The notes: generated by a model from the sequence alone, not told the origin. A stretch of 64,000 nt of DNA from Nitrospirota bacterium (GCA_012026685.1 VEOY01000089.1:13983-77982), one strand, 5' to 3'. Numbered from the stretch's first letter, positions 29,496 through 42,700 are shown. Numbers and translations are program-made.

Positions 29496-30830
29496 ATGAC
29501 GATTGAGGAGATATGGAGTAAAAGCCTTGCCCGGATAGAGCAAAAGGTTGGCGCCAGCGTATTTGAGCTCTGGTTCAAGCCGATAAGGATGATCCAGGTA
29601 AAAGACCAGATGGTTACCCTTGAGATCCCCAACAGGTTCTACAGGGAGTGGATCGACGACACCTATCCAAACCTGATCAAGGATTCACTGGAAACGGCTC
29701 TGGATTTTCCCGTAACACTGAAATACAAGATCGGAGAACAGCAGGACACATCCCAGAAGAAGAACATCGAAAAACTGGAACAAAAGAGGATCAGGCTTGC
29801 GAACAAAGGTATCTACCTCAATCCGAAATATACCTTTGACAATTTCATTAAGGGCATGAGCAATCAGTTTGCACATGCGGCAGCCATAGCTGTGGCAGAG
29901 ACTCCGGGCAAGATCTACAACCCTCTCTTCATTTATGGAGGGGCAGGCCTGGGAAAGACCCATCTGATGAATGCGATCGGCAACAGGGTGATGGAGATGC
30001 GGCATGATGTGTCAATACTTTATATACCGACAGAGCAGTTCGTAACCGAAGTTGTCAGCGCCCTGAGACATGACAGAATGACCGAACTGAAGGAAAAATA
30101 CCGGAACCTCGATCTGCTTCTTCTTGACGATATCCAGTTCATTGCAGGGAAGGAAAGGACACAGGAGGAGTTTTTCTTCACCTTCAACTCCCTGTATGAG
30201 AAGCAGAAGCAGATTGTGGTGTCATGCGATCGTCCCCCGAAAGAGATCAGCGACATCACAGAGAGGCTGAGGTCACGGTTTACCATGGGGCTTATTGCCG
30301 ATATTCAGCCGCCGGACACAGAAACTAAGATCGCCATTATCTACAAGAAGGCAGAGATGATGAACATCCGCAATATCCCCGAGGAAGTCGTTCACTTCCT
30401 GGCAAGCGGGATAAAGTCCAACATCCGGGAGCTTGAGGGGTCTCTCATCCGGATCGCTGCTCAAGCATCGTTTTCCGGCGAAGAGATAACCATTGAAAAG
30501 ACCAAGAAGATACTGAAGGACGTTATTCATGACGACCAGAGGCCGATCACCGTGGAAGCGGTACAGAAGGCCGTATGCGAGTTCTATAGCCTGAAAACGG
30601 CGGATATCAAGGCACGGAGAAGGACCAAGGACATCACCCTTCCCCGTCAGGTCGCCATGTACCTGTCAAAACAGGTTACCGGCTCATCTCTCAGCGATAT
30701 CGGCAAGGCATTCGGAGGGAAGGATCATGCGACCGTTATCTATGCCTGCAAGCAGATGGAAGAGCGCCGATCAAAGGATGAATCCTTCAACCGCATCATC
30801 GAAAATCTTCTTCAGAAGATAAAATATTAA
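29496..30830 (+). CDS. dnaA: chromosomal replication initiator protein DnaA
   Basis: Walker A GGAGLGKTHL, LLLDDIQF, and the C-terminal DNA-binding region (FGGKDHATVIYA). Confidence 0.95.
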   Translation: MTIEEIWSKSLARIEQKVGASVFELWFKPIRMIQVKDQMVTLEIPNRFYREWIDDTYPNLIKDSLETALDFPVTLKYKIGEQQDTSQKKNIEKLEQKRIRLANKGIYLNPKYTFDNFIKGMSNQFAHAAAIAVAETPGKIYNPLFIYGGAGLGKTHLMNAIGNRVMEMRHDVSILYIPTEQFVTEVVSALRHDRMTELKEKYRNLDLLLLDDIQFIAGKERTQEEFFFTFNSLYEKQKQIVVSCDRPPKEISDITERLRSRFTMGLIADIQPPDTETKIAIIYKKAEMMNIRNIPEEVVHFLASGIKSNIRELEGSLIRIAAQASFSGEEITIEKTKKILKDVIHDDQRPITVEAVQKAVCEFYSLKTADIKARRRTKDITLPRQVAMYLSKQVTGSSLSDIGKAFGGKDHATVIYACKQMEERRSKDESFNRIIENLLQKIKY

Positions 30831-30839
30831 GGAGGGGCC

Positions 30840-31940
30840 ATGAAGATTGTCGTTTCAAAGGAAGAACTGCAGGGGAAGCTTTCAAATATTCAGAATATCG
30901 TTGAGAAGAGGAACACCATGCCGATCCTGAGCCACTTTCTTCTTGATGCGAACAAAGGGGGTTCCTCCATCACCGCCACAGACCTTGAGACCGCCCTGCG
31001 GGAACCGCTTTCGGTGAAGGTGGAAAAGGAAGGAAAGATCTGCATCCCTGCCCGGAAGATGTTCGAGATCGTCAGGGAGGTTGAAGGGGACATCATCTGC
31101 GAATCTGTGGATGACCAGTGGCTGAAGATAAAGGCGGGGGCCAGCTCGTTCAGGCTCGCGTGCCTCTCCGCCAAGGAGTTTCCTGCCTGGCCCGGCATGG
31201 AGGATATGGAGGAGATAACAATCCCGGTAGATACCCTTGCAGACCTTATTGAAAAAACGGTTTATTCTGCAGGGGACAGCGATACCCGCTATACCCTCAA
31301 TGGGCTTCTTTTTCACGTTATGCCCGACGGCAGGCTCTCTGCGGTCGGGACAGACGGCCACAGACTCGCGATGATCAGCAAGAAAATAGAAGGGAAGATC
31401 GCGGAAGAAAAAAAGATGATCGTTCCCAAGAAGGCAGCGGCCGAGCTCAGAAAAGTGCTCGACAAGATCGACAGCGCCATCCGGATGACCATGAGCAAGA
31501 ACCATGTGCTTTTCACCATCGGGGACATTCAGTTTCTTACCCGGCTTATCGAGGGAACATATCCCAACTATGAGCAGGTGATCCCGGCATCGAACGACAA
31601 GCGGATGATCGTTGACAGGGCCGCCTTCGCCCGTGCACTTCGCAGGGTGTCGGTAATGGCAAAAGATAAGACAAACGCGGTGAAGATGGAGGTTGATACC
31701 AACAGGGTTGCGGTCGCGTCGTCAAATCCGGATATGGGCGAGGCTGCGGATGAACTGACCGCCGAATACACCGGGGAGAAGATGGTGCTGGGGCTCAATG
31801 CAAGATACCTGATCGACATCATTGATGTCATGTCCTCCGAAAGAGTGATGGTCGATATGCAGGGAGCGCTGCATCCGGTACTTATCAGGGACGAAGGAGA
31901 CCCTGATTACCGGTGCGTTATCATGCCGATGAGAATATAG
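30840..31940 (+). CDS. dnaN: DNA polymerase III beta sliding clamp
   Basis: 366 aa. Typical MKIVVSKEEL...ILSHFLL opening and ending ...VIMPMRI. Confidence 0.95.
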   Translation: MKIVVSKEELQGKLSNIQNIVEKRNTMPILSHFLLDANKGGSSITATDLETALREPLSVKVEKEGKICIPARKMFEIVREVEGDIICESVDDQWLKIKAGASSFRLACLSAKEFPAWPGMEDMEEITIPVDTLADLIEKTVYSAGDSDTRYTLNGLLFHVMPDGRLSAVGTDGHRLAMISKKIEGKIAEEKKMIVPKKAAAELRKVLDKIDSAIRMTMSKNHVLFTIGDIQFLTRLIEGTYPNYEQVIPASNDKRMIVDRAAFARALRRVSVMAKDKTNAVKMEVDTNRVAVASSNPDMGEAADELTAEYTGEKMVLGLNARYLIDIIDVMSSERVMVDMQGALHPVLIRDEGDPDYRCVIMPMRI

Positions 31941-31976
31941 CAGCAGAAAGAAATTAGTCGGGAAATTCAAGGATAG

Positions 31977-34391
<2,415 letters not shown>

Positions 34392-34501
34392 CCCTTGCGA
34401 AGACTGTCGTGACGATACTGAGCTTTCCTTGAGAGAAGAACAGACGATTTCAGGCAGCGGGCAGGGGAGCCATATATAAGAGGAGAAAGGTTTAAGACTA
34501 C

Positions 34502-36931
34502 ATGTCAAAATTACCGGTAAATATAGAAGAAGAGATGAAGATAAGCTACCTTGATTACGCGATGAGCGTGATCATCGGACGGGCACTTCCAGAGGTAAGG
34601 GACGGACTCAAGCCCGTGCAGCGGCGTATTCTGTACGCTATGTTCAGGGAAGGACTGCTTCCGAACAAGAAATATTCCAAGAGCGCGGGTGTCGTGGGGG
34701 AAGTGCTCAAGAAATACCATCCCCACGGCGATACTGCGGTGTATGACGCGATGGTGCGGCTTGCGCAGGACTTCAACATGCGCTACATGCTTGTCGACGG
34801 ACAGGGCAACTTCGGTTCCATTGACGGGGACAGGGCAGCAGCATACCGGTATACCGAAGCACGCATGGCAAAGATCGCGGAAGAGCTTCTTTCGGACATA
34901 GACAAGGAAACCGTTGACTTCATACCGAACTTCGACGAGACGACCGAAGAGCCGAAGGTGCTTCCCTCAAAGATACCGAATCTTATCATCAACGGCGCTG
35001 CGGGCATTGCGGTCGGCATGGCGACCAACATACCCCCGCATAATCTCGGCGAAGTGATTGACGGCCTGCTGATGCTGCTGGACGACCGGAGCACGACGGT
35101 GGAGCAGCTGATGACGGTGATCATAGGCCCCGATTTCCCCACGGGCGGCATTATTCACGGGACAGGCGGAATCAGGGACGCATATGCGACAGGCAGAGGG
35201 CTGGTGAAGATAAGGGCGAAGGCCAAAATCGAGAAGGAACACCGCGGCGGAGAGAATATTATCATCACGGAGATGCCATATCAGGTAAATAAGGCCCGGC
35301 TTATCGAAAAGATCGCGGAGCTGGTGAGGGAAAAACAGATCGAGGACATTTCCGATATCAGGGACGAGTCGGACCGGGACGGCATACGGGTCGTCATCGA
35401 GCTGAAACGTAATGCCATGGCCGAGGTGGTGCTGAATAATCTCTACAAGCACACGCAGATGGAAACGACGTTCGGCATCATCATGCTTGCACTTGTGGGC
35501 GGGCAGCCGCACGTGCTCAAGCTGAACGTCCTGCTCAACCATTTCCTCCAGCACCGGCGGGACGTTATACTGCGGCGTACCAGGTTCGAACTCAGAAAGG
35601 CTGAAGAGCGGGCCCATATCCTGGAGGGGCTTAAGATAGCCCTGGACCATCTCGATGAGATCATCGCGCTCATCAGGAAATCAAAGAACCCGGAGGAGGC
35701 TCGAAACGGGCTGATACAAGGGTATCAGCTTACCGAGGTCCAGGCACAGGCTATTCTGGACATGAAGCTGCAGAGACTCACCGGGCTGGAGCGGGAAAAG
35801 ATCGTCAACGAATATAAGGAGACCCTGAAGGAGATCGAACGGCTGAAGGCCATCCTGGGAAGTGAGAAACTTGTTTCAAAGATCATCAGGGAAGAACTCC
35901 TGGAGATCAGGAACAAATATGCGGACGAACGGAGGACGGAGATAAGCGAGGATACGAAAGAGATCAGGATCGAGGACCTCATTACGGAAGAAGATATGGT
36001 CATTACGCTTTCTCACGAAGGATACATCAAGCGCAATCCGTTGAGTGCGTATCGGAGCCAGCGAAGGGGCGGCAAGGGCGGCAAAGGCATGGAGACCAAG
36101 GAGGAGGATTTTGTCGAGCAGCTCTTCATCGGTTCAACGCATGACTATATGCTCTTCTTCTCCAATCTCGGCAGGCTTTACTGGCTGAAGACCTATCAGC
36201 TGCCTGAAGCGGGCAGGGCCGCAAAAGGGAAAGCGCTGGTGAATCTGCTGCAGCTTTCAGAGGGCGAACGCATCTCAACAGCCCTGCCGGTTCGCGATTT
36301 CAAGGAAGGGTACCTTGTGATGTTCACAAAGCACGGCACGGTCAAAAAGACCGCCCTGACTTCCTACAGCAATCCACGGGGCAAGGGTATCATTGCAATT
36401 GGCCTTGATGAAGGAGATGAGCTCATAGCGGTCAGAAGGACGGGCGGGACCAATGACCTCATCATTGGCACGCGGAACGGCATTGCGATCAAGTTCAATG
36501 AAGAAGATGTGCGGGAAATGGGAAGGACCGCAACGGGGGTCCGGGGCATACGGCTCGAAGAAGGGGATGAGGTCGTTGCTGCTGAAGTGGCAGACGAAAA
36601 GGCGACGATACTCATGGTTGCCGAAAACGGAATCGGCAAGAGAACGCGCTTTGACGATTACCCTCTTCAGGGCAGAGGCGGCAAGGGCGTGATTTCCCTG
36701 AAATTAACGGAGAAAGGCGGAAAAGTCGCGGGCCTGGTCCTTGTTCGGGATGAAGATGAGGTGGTCATGATCACGAGTGCCGGCAAGCTGAACCGCGTCA
36801 AATGTCAGGGCATATCAGTCCTTGGCCGGAATACCCAGGGCGTGAAAGTCATGAATATCGGTGAAGGCAAGATCGTCAGCGTTGCAAAGGTTGCAGAAAA
36901 AGAGAGCGGCGAGGACATCAGCGAGGAATAG
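34502..36931 (+). CDS. gyrA: DNA gyrase subunit A
   Basis: [24 protein letters not shown], active-site [10 protein letters not shown], and a C-terminal beta-pinwheel repeat region. Confidence 0.95.
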   Translation: MSKLPVNIEEEMKISYLDYAMSVIIGRALPEVRDGLKPVQRRILYAMFREGLLPNKKYSKSAGVVGEVLKKYHPHGDTAVYDAMVRLAQDFNMRYMLVDGQGNFGSIDGDRAAAYRYTEARMAKIAEELLSDIDKETVDFIPNFDETTEEPKVLPSKIPNLIINGAAGIAVGMATNIPPHNLGEVIDGLLMLLDDRSTTVEQLMTVIIGPDFPTGGIIHGTGGIRDAYATGRGLVKIRAKAKIEKEHRGGENIIITEMPYQVNKARLIEKIAELVREKQIEDISDIRDESDRDGIRVVIELKRNAMAEVVLNNLYKHTQMETTFGIIMLALVGGQPHVLKLNVLLNHFLQHRRDVILRRTRFELRKAEERAHILEGLKIALDHLDEIIALIRKSKNPEEARNGLIQGYQLTEVQAQAILDMKLQRLTGLEREKIVNEYKETLKEIERLKAILGSEKLVSKIIREELLEIRNKYADERRTEISEDTKEIRIEDLITEEDMVITLSHEGYIKRNPLSAYRSQRRGGKGGKGMETKEEDFVEQLFIGSTHDYMLFFSNLGRLYWLKTYQLPEAGRAAKGKALVNLLQLSEGERISTALPVRDFKEGYLVMFTKHGTVKKTALTSYSNPRGKGIIAIGLDEGDELIAVRRTGGTNDLIIGTRNGIAIKFNEEDVREMGRTATGVRGIRLEEGDEVVAAEVADEKATILMVAENGIGKRTRFDDYPLQGRGGKGVISLKLTEKGGKVAGLVLVRDEDEVVMITSAGKLNRVKCQGISVLGRNTQGVKVMNIGEGKIVSVAKVAEKESGEDISEE

Positions 36932-36979
36932 CATTCATGTGCCGGCAGCCGTCTGGTGCCGTGTCGCGGGATCTGAGCA

Positions 36980-37642
36980 ATGAACGAGGGGCATCTTCTC
37001 TTTGAACGGGGTCTTGAACAGCTTGGCATGCCTGTTACGGAGGCCCAGAGCAGGGCTTTTTCCCTCTACCTTGCAGAACTGAAGAAGTGGAACAGGGCAT
37101 ATAATCTCACCGCGCTCCGGACCGATTCGGATATCATTATCAAGCATTTTCTCGATTCCCTTCTGTTCCTGAAGGTCCTTCCCGGGAGCGTCCGTACCGT
37201 TGCTGACATCGGAAGCGGAGCGGGGTTTCCGGGCATCCCGATGAAGATCATGCGGCCGGACCTTGATATGCTTCTTGTAGAACCTTCGCAGAAGAAAACC
37301 CTGTTCCTTGAGCATATCCTGAGAACGCTCCGCATGGAAGGAATAAAGGTAGCCCATACAAGGGTCGAAGAGTTAGAGGGCGTTCAGGTAGATGCTGCCG
37401 TTACCCGCGCGCTTTTCAGCATACAGGAATTTATCGGCAAGGCCGAGGGAATACTGGGGGGAGATGGTGTGCTTATCCTCAGCAAAGGTCCCAAAGTCAG
37501 CGACGAGGTCAAACAGGTGCGAGGCAGGCAGATAAACAGATACGACTTCGTCCTGCCTTTTCAAAACAGCTCGCGGCACCTTGTTGTTATCAGGGGAACA
37601 CACGTCGGCCCCGGGAATGAAAGAAGCGGTATTATTGTATAA
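36980..37642 (+). CDS. rsmG: 16S rRNA (guanine527-N7)-methyltransferase RsmG
   Basis: WN.AYNLT, DIGSGAGFPGIP SAM motif. 220 aa. Confidence 0.85.
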   Translation: MNEGHLLFERGLEQLGMPVTEAQSRAFSLYLAELKKWNRAYNLTALRTDSDIIIKHFLDSLLFLKVLPGSVRTVADIGSGAGFPGIPMKIMRPDLDMLLVEPSQKKTLFLEHILRTLRMEGIKVAHTRVEELEGVQVDAAVTRALFSIQEFIGKAEGILGGDGVLILSKGPKVSDEVKQVRGRQINRYDFVLPFQNSSRHLVVIRGTHVGPGNERSGIIV

Positions 37643-37651
37643 TAGGTCTCG

Positions 37652-38206
37652 ATGAGGATCACACCGCTCGACATCCAGCAAAAGCAGTTCCCGATGAGAT
37701 TCAGGGGATTCCATGCAGAAGAGGTCTTTGCCTTTCTTGAAGCGATCCGGGAGGAGATCGAGGATCTGCTGAGAGAGAACGCGCAACTCAGGGAGCGCCT
37801 GCAGCAGACAGATGATGAGAGCAGGCGGTTCTGGGAAATGCAGGACCTGCTTGGCAGGACCCTGCAGGAAGCGCATCAGATGTCGGAAGAATACAAGGGC
37901 CATGCGAGAAAAGAGTCTGACCAGCTTCTCCAAACGGCCGCAGAAGAGGCGGAAGAATTGGTAGGACGGTCCCATGAGCAGATCCTGGCACTCAATGAAG
38001 AGATCGTTGAGCTGAGGATGGTGCGGAAGCGGTTTCATGTGGAGATGAAAGAAGTCATCGGCCGCTTCATGCGGTTACTTGACGGTGAAAGCAGCAACAG
38101 GAAACAAGAGTTCAGCCTGCATAGTCTTCACGGGACAGGTGCCGGGGGCGACCTCCCGGAAGACCCTTCAGAGAATAGCTGCCACGGGTCAGTACCTGAA
38201 GATTAG
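37652..38206 (+). CDS. DivIVA-domain protein
   Basis: The opening MRITPLDIQQKQFPMRFRGFHAEEVFAFL is the canonical DivIVA N-terminus. A coiled-coil follows. Confidence 0.85.
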   Translation: MRITPLDIQQKQFPMRFRGFHAEEVFAFLEAIREEIEDLLRENAQLRERLQQTDDESRRFWEMQDLLGRTLQEAHQMSEEYKGHARKESDQLLQTAAEEAEELVGRSHEQILALNEEIVELRMVRKRFHVEMKEVIGRFMRLLDGESSNRKQEFSLHSLHGTGAGGDLPEDPSENSCHGSVPED

Positions 38207-38383
38207 ATACGCGTAGTAGAACGCCATCCCCGCAAAAAATCCTGCGCATAATCCGAGCAGAACGGAAATACATCCCCGGATGATCTTGCCCGCCCGAAAT
38301 TCCATGAACGCCTTGGGGAAAAGCGTTAGAACGCCGAAAAGCAGCATCAGGGCCACAAGCAGCTGCGTTACCGCCCTAACCAT
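38189..38383 (-). CDS. small hypothetical membrane protein (two predicted TM helices)
   Basis: 64 aa, hydrophobic. Its start overlaps the upstream gene's stop by 8 nt, which suggests co-translation. No recognisable family. Confidence 0.4.
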   Translation of the reverse strand: MVRAVTQLLVALMLLFGVLTLFPKAFMEFRAGKIIRGCISVLLGLCAGFFAGMAFYYAYLIFRY

Positions 38384-39023
38384 TACCTAACCCTTCAAGA
38401 GGACACCTGTTGCAGCATGGCGTTGTCCTGCAGAAATCCTTTGCAAGCCGCACCAGAAGAGCGTGGTATTCATTAAAAAGCCGAACATTGTTCCTGATAC
38501 CCGAGTGGAACAGGTGCTGATAGGTTGCATAGGGAAGATCATGGCCCAGTATACCATGCCGGGACAAAATTCTTTTGGTGTACGCGTCGATCACAAAAAC
38601 AGGAAGGCCGAGGGCATACAAGAGCATGGAATCGGCTGTTTCCTGCCCTATCCCGTTGACAGAAAGCAATTTGTTCCTGATTACGGGAAGCGTCTCCCGC
38701 GCCATCAGCTTTACACTTCCCCTGTATTCGGCAACGAGAAATCCGATGAAGTTCTTTAATCGGCCGGTCTTTACATGGTAATACCCGGCAGGACGTATGA
38801 GTGATGCAAGCGCGGCAGGATCAATGGTATGGAGGGCCCGGGCAGAAAGAACCTTGTTCGTCTTGAGGTTCTGTATAGCTTTTTCGACATTTTTCCAGTT
38901 GGTATTCTGGGTCAGTATGGCACCGACTGCTATCTCCAGGGGAGTTTCACCCGGCCACCAGTGCTGCGGTCCGAATGCTCCATACAGCGAGGCATAGATT
39001 GTTTCGAGGACGTTATGCTTCAT
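38376..39023 (-). CDS. endonuclease III-like HhH-GPD domain protein
   Basis: AILTQNTNW and the helix-hairpin-helix LLSVNGIGQETADSMLLY. Cys-rich C-terminus (CRTTPCCNRC). Confidence 0.75.
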   Translation of the reverse strand: MKHNVLETIYASLYGAFGPQHWWPGETPLEIAVGAILTQNTNWKNVEKAIQNLKTNKVLSARALHTIDPAALASLIRPAGYYHVKTGRLKNFIGFLVAEYRGSVKLMARETLPVIRNKLLSVNGIGQETADSMLLYALGLPVFVIDAYTKRILSRHGILGHDLPYATYQHLFHSGIRNNVRLFNEYHALLVRLAKDFCRTTPCCNRCPLEGLGNG

Positions 39024-39432
39024 CTGAAGGAATACGGCTGCGGAGCTTCTTCTTCATCCCTGTCATATGTTTATCGGCAAGCATTTTTTCCTTTGCCCTT
39101 TTCGACCGTTTCCTTTTCTGTCGTTTCAGCTTCTCGATGCGCTTCCGCTCTTCGCTTTCCCTGCCGCGGACCAGGTCGTCAAGCTTATTGAGCAGCAGAA
39201 CGCGGGCATGGTATCTGTTCATCGTCTGGGAACGTTCTTTCTGGCATTTGACCTCGATCCCCGTTGGAATATGCCGGAGATAAACGCACGTCGAGGTCTT
39301 GTTCACGTGCTGCCCTCCTTTTCCGGATGAACGGATAAAGGACTCGTCGATATCTTCCTCATGAAGGCCGAGTGCCTCCATCCGGTCCCTCAGGAGCTTC
39401 TCTTTTGCAGACGATACAGCGAAAAAACCCAT
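39013..39432 (-). CDS. arfB: ArfB-like peptidyl-tRNA hydrolase (RF-1 GGQ domain) with basic C-terminal tail
   Basis: SSGKGGQHVNKTSTCVYLRH GGQ motif, and a Lys/Arg-rich tail (KRQKRKRSKRAKEK). 139 aa. Confidence 0.75.
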   Translation of the reverse strand: MGFFAVSSAKEKLLRDRMEALGLHEEDIDESFIRSSGKGGQHVNKTSTCVYLRHIPTGIEVKCQKERSQTMNRYHARVLLLNKLDDLVRGRESEERKRIEKLKRQKRKRSKRAKEKMLADKHMTGMKKKLRSRIPSDEA

Positions 39433-39569
39433 ATAATACTATACCATCGTTGATTAGATGATAGGGTTGCAGGCAAGGAGATCGGTCCCTGATATATCTT
39501 GCAAAACGGTGATTTTCTGCTATGATGGTGGTACGTATCCCCGACAACATATTACCAGAGGAGGAAGTC

Positions 39570-40220
39570 ATGAAAACAAAGTTCCTTTTTGTCGTTCTTG
39601 CCGCCGTTGTTGCCGTGGTCTTTATCGGTAATGCCGTATCTGAAGCAGCCGATGTGGGAGGCATGATCAAAGAGCAGAAGGAGAAGCTTACCGAGAAGGC
39701 AGGTGGAACACCGGCTCCGGCAGGGAACAATTTCGACGCCAAGATCAAGGAGCAGGAGAAGCTTATTGATAAGTCTGTAGCATCAAAAGCAATTTCAAAA
39801 GATGAGGCGAAGATACTTCGTGAGAACCTGGATGGTGTCAAGAAACGTAATACAAAGGCTTCGGCGGACGGGAAAATGAGCGAGAGCGAAAAAGACAAGA
39901 TCCAGAGCATGCTGGACAGGAACAACCGGATGATTACTGACAAGAAGAACAATCCCGTAAAACATTTTTCGCGACCGGAGGTCACGACAAGATTTGAGAT
40001 TCAGCAAAGGAGCATCGATAAAGGCGTAAAGGCCGGCCAGCTTACGAAACAGGAGGCAGCGCAGCTGCAGGATAACCTTGCGAAGGCCAAGGCAAAGCAC
40101 GCGTCACTTACGAAAGATGGAAAGTTCACACCGGCAGAGGAGGAAAAGATCCAGGAGATGTTGGATAAAGACTCACAGATGATTGAAAGTAAAAGGGGCA
40201 ATGAGCAGAAGAAGAAATAG
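39570..40220 (+). CDS. secreted hypothetical protein with two ~70-aa helical repeats
   Basis: The ATG at 39570 follows GAGGAGG. Signal peptide MKTKFLFVVLAAVVAVVFIGNAVSEA. The internal duplication is visible (..ISKDEAKILRENL..ADGKMSESEKDKIQSMLD.. versus ..LTKQEAAQLQDNL..KDGKFTPAEEEKIQEMLD..). Confidence 0.6.
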   Translation: MKTKFLFVVLAAVVAVVFIGNAVSEAADVGGMIKEQKEKLTEKAGGTPAPAGNNFDAKIKEQEKLIDKSVASKAISKDEAKILRENLDGVKKRNTKASADGKMSESEKDKIQSMLDRNNRMITDKKNNPVKHFSRPEVTTRFEIQQRSIDKGVKAGQLTKQEAAQLQDNLAKAKAKHASLTKDGKFTPAEEEKIQEMLDKDSQMIESKRGNEQKKK

Positions 40221-40250
40221 CTGAGATATATTTCCGCTTCAATTGAGATA

Positions 40251-40293
40251 AAGAAGGGCGGGAGGCGAGCATATCAAATCCCGCCCTTCTTTT
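40251..40293 (+). terminator. rho-independent terminator
   Basis: 13-bp perfect stem AAGAAGGGCGGGA / TCCCGCCCTTCTT, followed by TTT. Confidence 0.8.
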
Positions 40294-40319
40294 GTGGTTC
40301 CGCTGCATGAATCCTCTTA

Positions 40320-40328
40320 TGGTATAAT
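40320..40328 (+). promoter_or_regulatory. extended -10 promoter element TGGTATAAT
   Basis: A TGnTATAAT match about 80 nt upstream of the 40411 ATG, just after the terminator. Confidence 0.4.
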
Positions 40329-40410
40329 CAACGGACAGGGCTGCATACGCGTTCATCCAGGCTTCCGTGCGAACATACCCTGCAAGACATACCATACCAA
40401 GGAGAAAATA

Positions 40411-41130
40411 ATGAAACGCATTCTCGTTCTCAGTATCAGCATCATGTTTGTTTTTATCGTGCAGACGACCGCGTTCGGCGCATCTTCTCAGGGCAATACC
40501 GTACCAGCATCAGCAGGCATTTCCGGCAAAGTGGTCGATACCATGGACAGCGGGGGCTACACGTACGTCCAGCTCGAACAGGGCGGGAAAAAGACTTGGG
40601 TGGCAGCTCCGAAGATGAAGGTAAAGAAGGGACAGGTACTGACTTTCAGGCCCGGCATGGTGATGGAGAACTTTGAGAGCAAGACACTCAAGCGCAAGTT
40701 CGACAGGATCATTTTCTCTGACGGCCTTGTTGACCAGCAAGGCAAAGCGGCAGGAGATGCCGGCGCCACGGGGAGCAAGGCACAGACTGCCCCTGCAGAG
40801 AAGGTGAGCGTTGCAAAGGCAACCGGGTCCAATGCGTATACCGTTGCTGAGCTTTATAAGAACAAGAAGTCCCTGAACGGCAAAAGCGTGACGGTAAGGG
40901 CAAAAGTAGTGAAAGTGACCGCAGGAATAATGCAGATGAACTGGGTGCATCTTCAGGACGGTACCGGTGACGCAAATAAGGGTACTCATGATATTGTTGC
41001 GACCTCTCCGACTGAACTTCCGGCAAGCGGAGACGTCGTGACTGTAAGCGGAACGCTCGCACCAGACAAGGATTTCGGCAGCGGCTATAAGTATGCGGTC
41101 CTGATTGAAAAGGCAACCTTCAAGAAATAG
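40411..41130 (+). CDS. secreted hypothetical protein (two beta-rich, OB-fold-like halves)
   Basis: The ATG at 40411 follows AGGAG. Signal peptide MKRILVLSISIMFVFIVQTTAFGA. No family recognised with certainty. Confidence 0.55.
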   Translation: MKRILVLSISIMFVFIVQTTAFGASSQGNTVPASAGISGKVVDTMDSGGYTYVQLEQGGKKTWVAAPKMKVKKGQVLTFRPGMVMENFESKTLKRKFDRIIFSDGLVDQQGKAAGDAGATGSKAQTAPAEKVSVAKATGSNAYTVAELYKNKKSLNGKSVTVRAKVVKVTAGIMQMNWVHLQDGTGDANKGTHDIVATSPTELPASGDVVTVSGTLAPDKDFGSGYKYAVLIEKATFKK

Positions 41131-41165
41131 TCTGCACAGGTTAAGCCCCGGAGGTAACAGTTTCT

Positions 41166-42431
41166 ATGCTTGATGCGCGATATGTAAGGGACAATGTTGA
41201 ATCAGTCAGACAAGCCCTGAAAAAACGGGGCTATGAGTTCCCCCTTGCCGAGTTCCTTCGGGTCGACGAAAAAAGGATACTGATCCTGCAAGAAACGGAA
41301 GAACTCAGGAACCGCCGCAATGTTGTTTCAGAGGAGATCGGTAAGCTGAAACGCCAGAAGGCGGATGCTGCACCCCAGCTTGAGCAGATGAAGGAGGTAT
41401 CTGCCCGGCTGAAGGAGCTTGATGAAAAACTCACGAACCTGGAAGCAGAAACAAGGGCGCTACTTCTTTCTATCCCGAACATTCCCCATGAGTCCGTCCC
41501 CGTTGGACGGGACGAGAATGAAAATGTCGAAGTCAGGAAATGGGGCAGTCCGCAGCAGTTTGATTTCGAACCTCTGAACCATTGGGACATTGCCGAGCCG
41601 CTCGACATCGTGGATTTCGACCGTGCGGCAAAGATATCCGGTGCACGGTTTGCTCTTATGAAGGGCGAGGGTGCCCGGCTTGAACGCTCACTGATGAACT
41701 TCATGCTGGATATCCATACAGACAAGGGCTACCGGGAGATATTTCCGCCCATTATCGTCAACCGGGACAGCATGACCGGAACAGGGCAGCTTCCAAAGTT
41801 CGAGGCCGAACTCTTCAGGGTCGCTGATCCGGAATTTTATCTCATTCCCACGGCTGAAGTTCCGGTTACTAATATCCACAGAGATGAGATATTGAAGGAA
41901 GATGACCTCCCTGTTTATTACACCGCGTACACGCCGTGCTTCCGTCGTGAGGCAGGATCGTATGGCAAAGACACGAGAGGCCTTATCCGGCAGCACCAGT
42001 TCAACAAGGTGGAACTGGTAAAGTTCGTGAAGCCGGAGGACTCCTATGAAGAACTGGAAAAGCTTACCGGAGATGCCGAAGAGATCCTTCAGAGGCTCGG
42101 ACTGCCGTACAGGGTCATCACCCTCTGTACCGGAGATATGGGCTTTTCTTCTGCCAAGACCTATGACATCGAGGTATGGCTCCCCGGACAGCAGAGATAT
42201 CGCGAGATATCTTCCTGTTCAAATTTCGAGGACTTCCAGGCGCGGCGGGCAGGAATCCGCTTTAAGCGGGAAGGAAAAAAAGGTACGGAGTTTGTACATA
42301 CGCTGAATGGTTCGGGTCTTGCAATCGGCAGAACGCTCGTAGCCGTGCTCGAGAACTATCAGCAGAAGGACGGGACAGTAGTCGTTCCCGAAGCGTTACG
42401 GAAGTATATGGGCAGGGAAAAGATACAATAG
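41166..42431 (+). CDS. serS: serine--tRNA ligase
   Basis: [10 protein letters not shown] opening, N-terminal coiled-coil arm, and class II motifs ([25 protein letters not shown]). Confidence 0.95.
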   Translation: MLDARYVRDNVESVRQALKKRGYEFPLAEFLRVDEKRILILQETEELRNRRNVVSEEIGKLKRQKADAAPQLEQMKEVSARLKELDEKLTNLEAETRALLLSIPNIPHESVPVGRDENENVEVRKWGSPQQFDFEPLNHWDIAEPLDIVDFDRAAKISGARFALMKGEGARLERSLMNFMLDIHTDKGYREIFPPIIVNRDSMTGTGQLPKFEAELFRVADPEFYLIPTAEVPVTNIHRDEILKEDDLPVYYTAYTPCFRREAGSYGKDTRGLIRQHQFNKVELVKFVKPEDSYEELEKLTGDAEEILQRLGLPYRVITLCTGDMGFSSAKTYDIEVWLPGQQRYREISSCSNFEDFQARRAGIRFKREGKKGTEFVHTLNGSGLAIGRTLVAVLENYQQKDGTVVVPEALRKYMGREKIQ

Positions 42432-42625
42432 GTGCCTCATCTATCCGAGAGCAGCAAGAGCAGTAGATCATGTCATTACGATTCGGGAACATGCCACCTG
42501 CGAGGTCCGGCGAGGCAATGCTACGGCAAAGAGTTCATGGCCAAACCGTGGCGGTCGGGGGAACAGGGCAGGATGAAAGCGGCTGACCCGTGACGGTTCA
42601 TCAGGTAACGGACAGAAGAACGGAA

Positions 42626-42649
42626 GGGCGCCATGATGGCGCCCTTTTT
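42626..42649 (+). terminator. rho-independent terminator
   Basis: GGGCGCC ATGAT GGCGCCC followed by TTTTT. It lies ~190 nt after the serS stop. Confidence 0.8.
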
Positions 42650-42700
42650 ATGTGATAGTCATGTTGTTTGAAAAATAAGCTGTTTTCCTGAAAGGACACG

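Noticed and set aside
39359-39985. A 208-aa minus-strand ORF overlapping the secreted repeat-protein gene and the arfB start.
   Set aside because: The translation is Ser/Phe/Leu low-complexity. The plus-strand gene has a ribosome-binding site, a signal peptide and an internal repeat structure.
42470-42530. Possible SRP (4.5S) RNA, because of the string GAGGUCCGGCGAGGCAAUGC, which resembles the conserved AGGUCCGGAAGGAAGCAGC of domain IV.
   Set aside because: The GGAA tetraloop and the AGCA symmetric-loop residues are not present, and I could not build the helix 8 pairing by hand. It is kept only as an unassigned candidate RNA.
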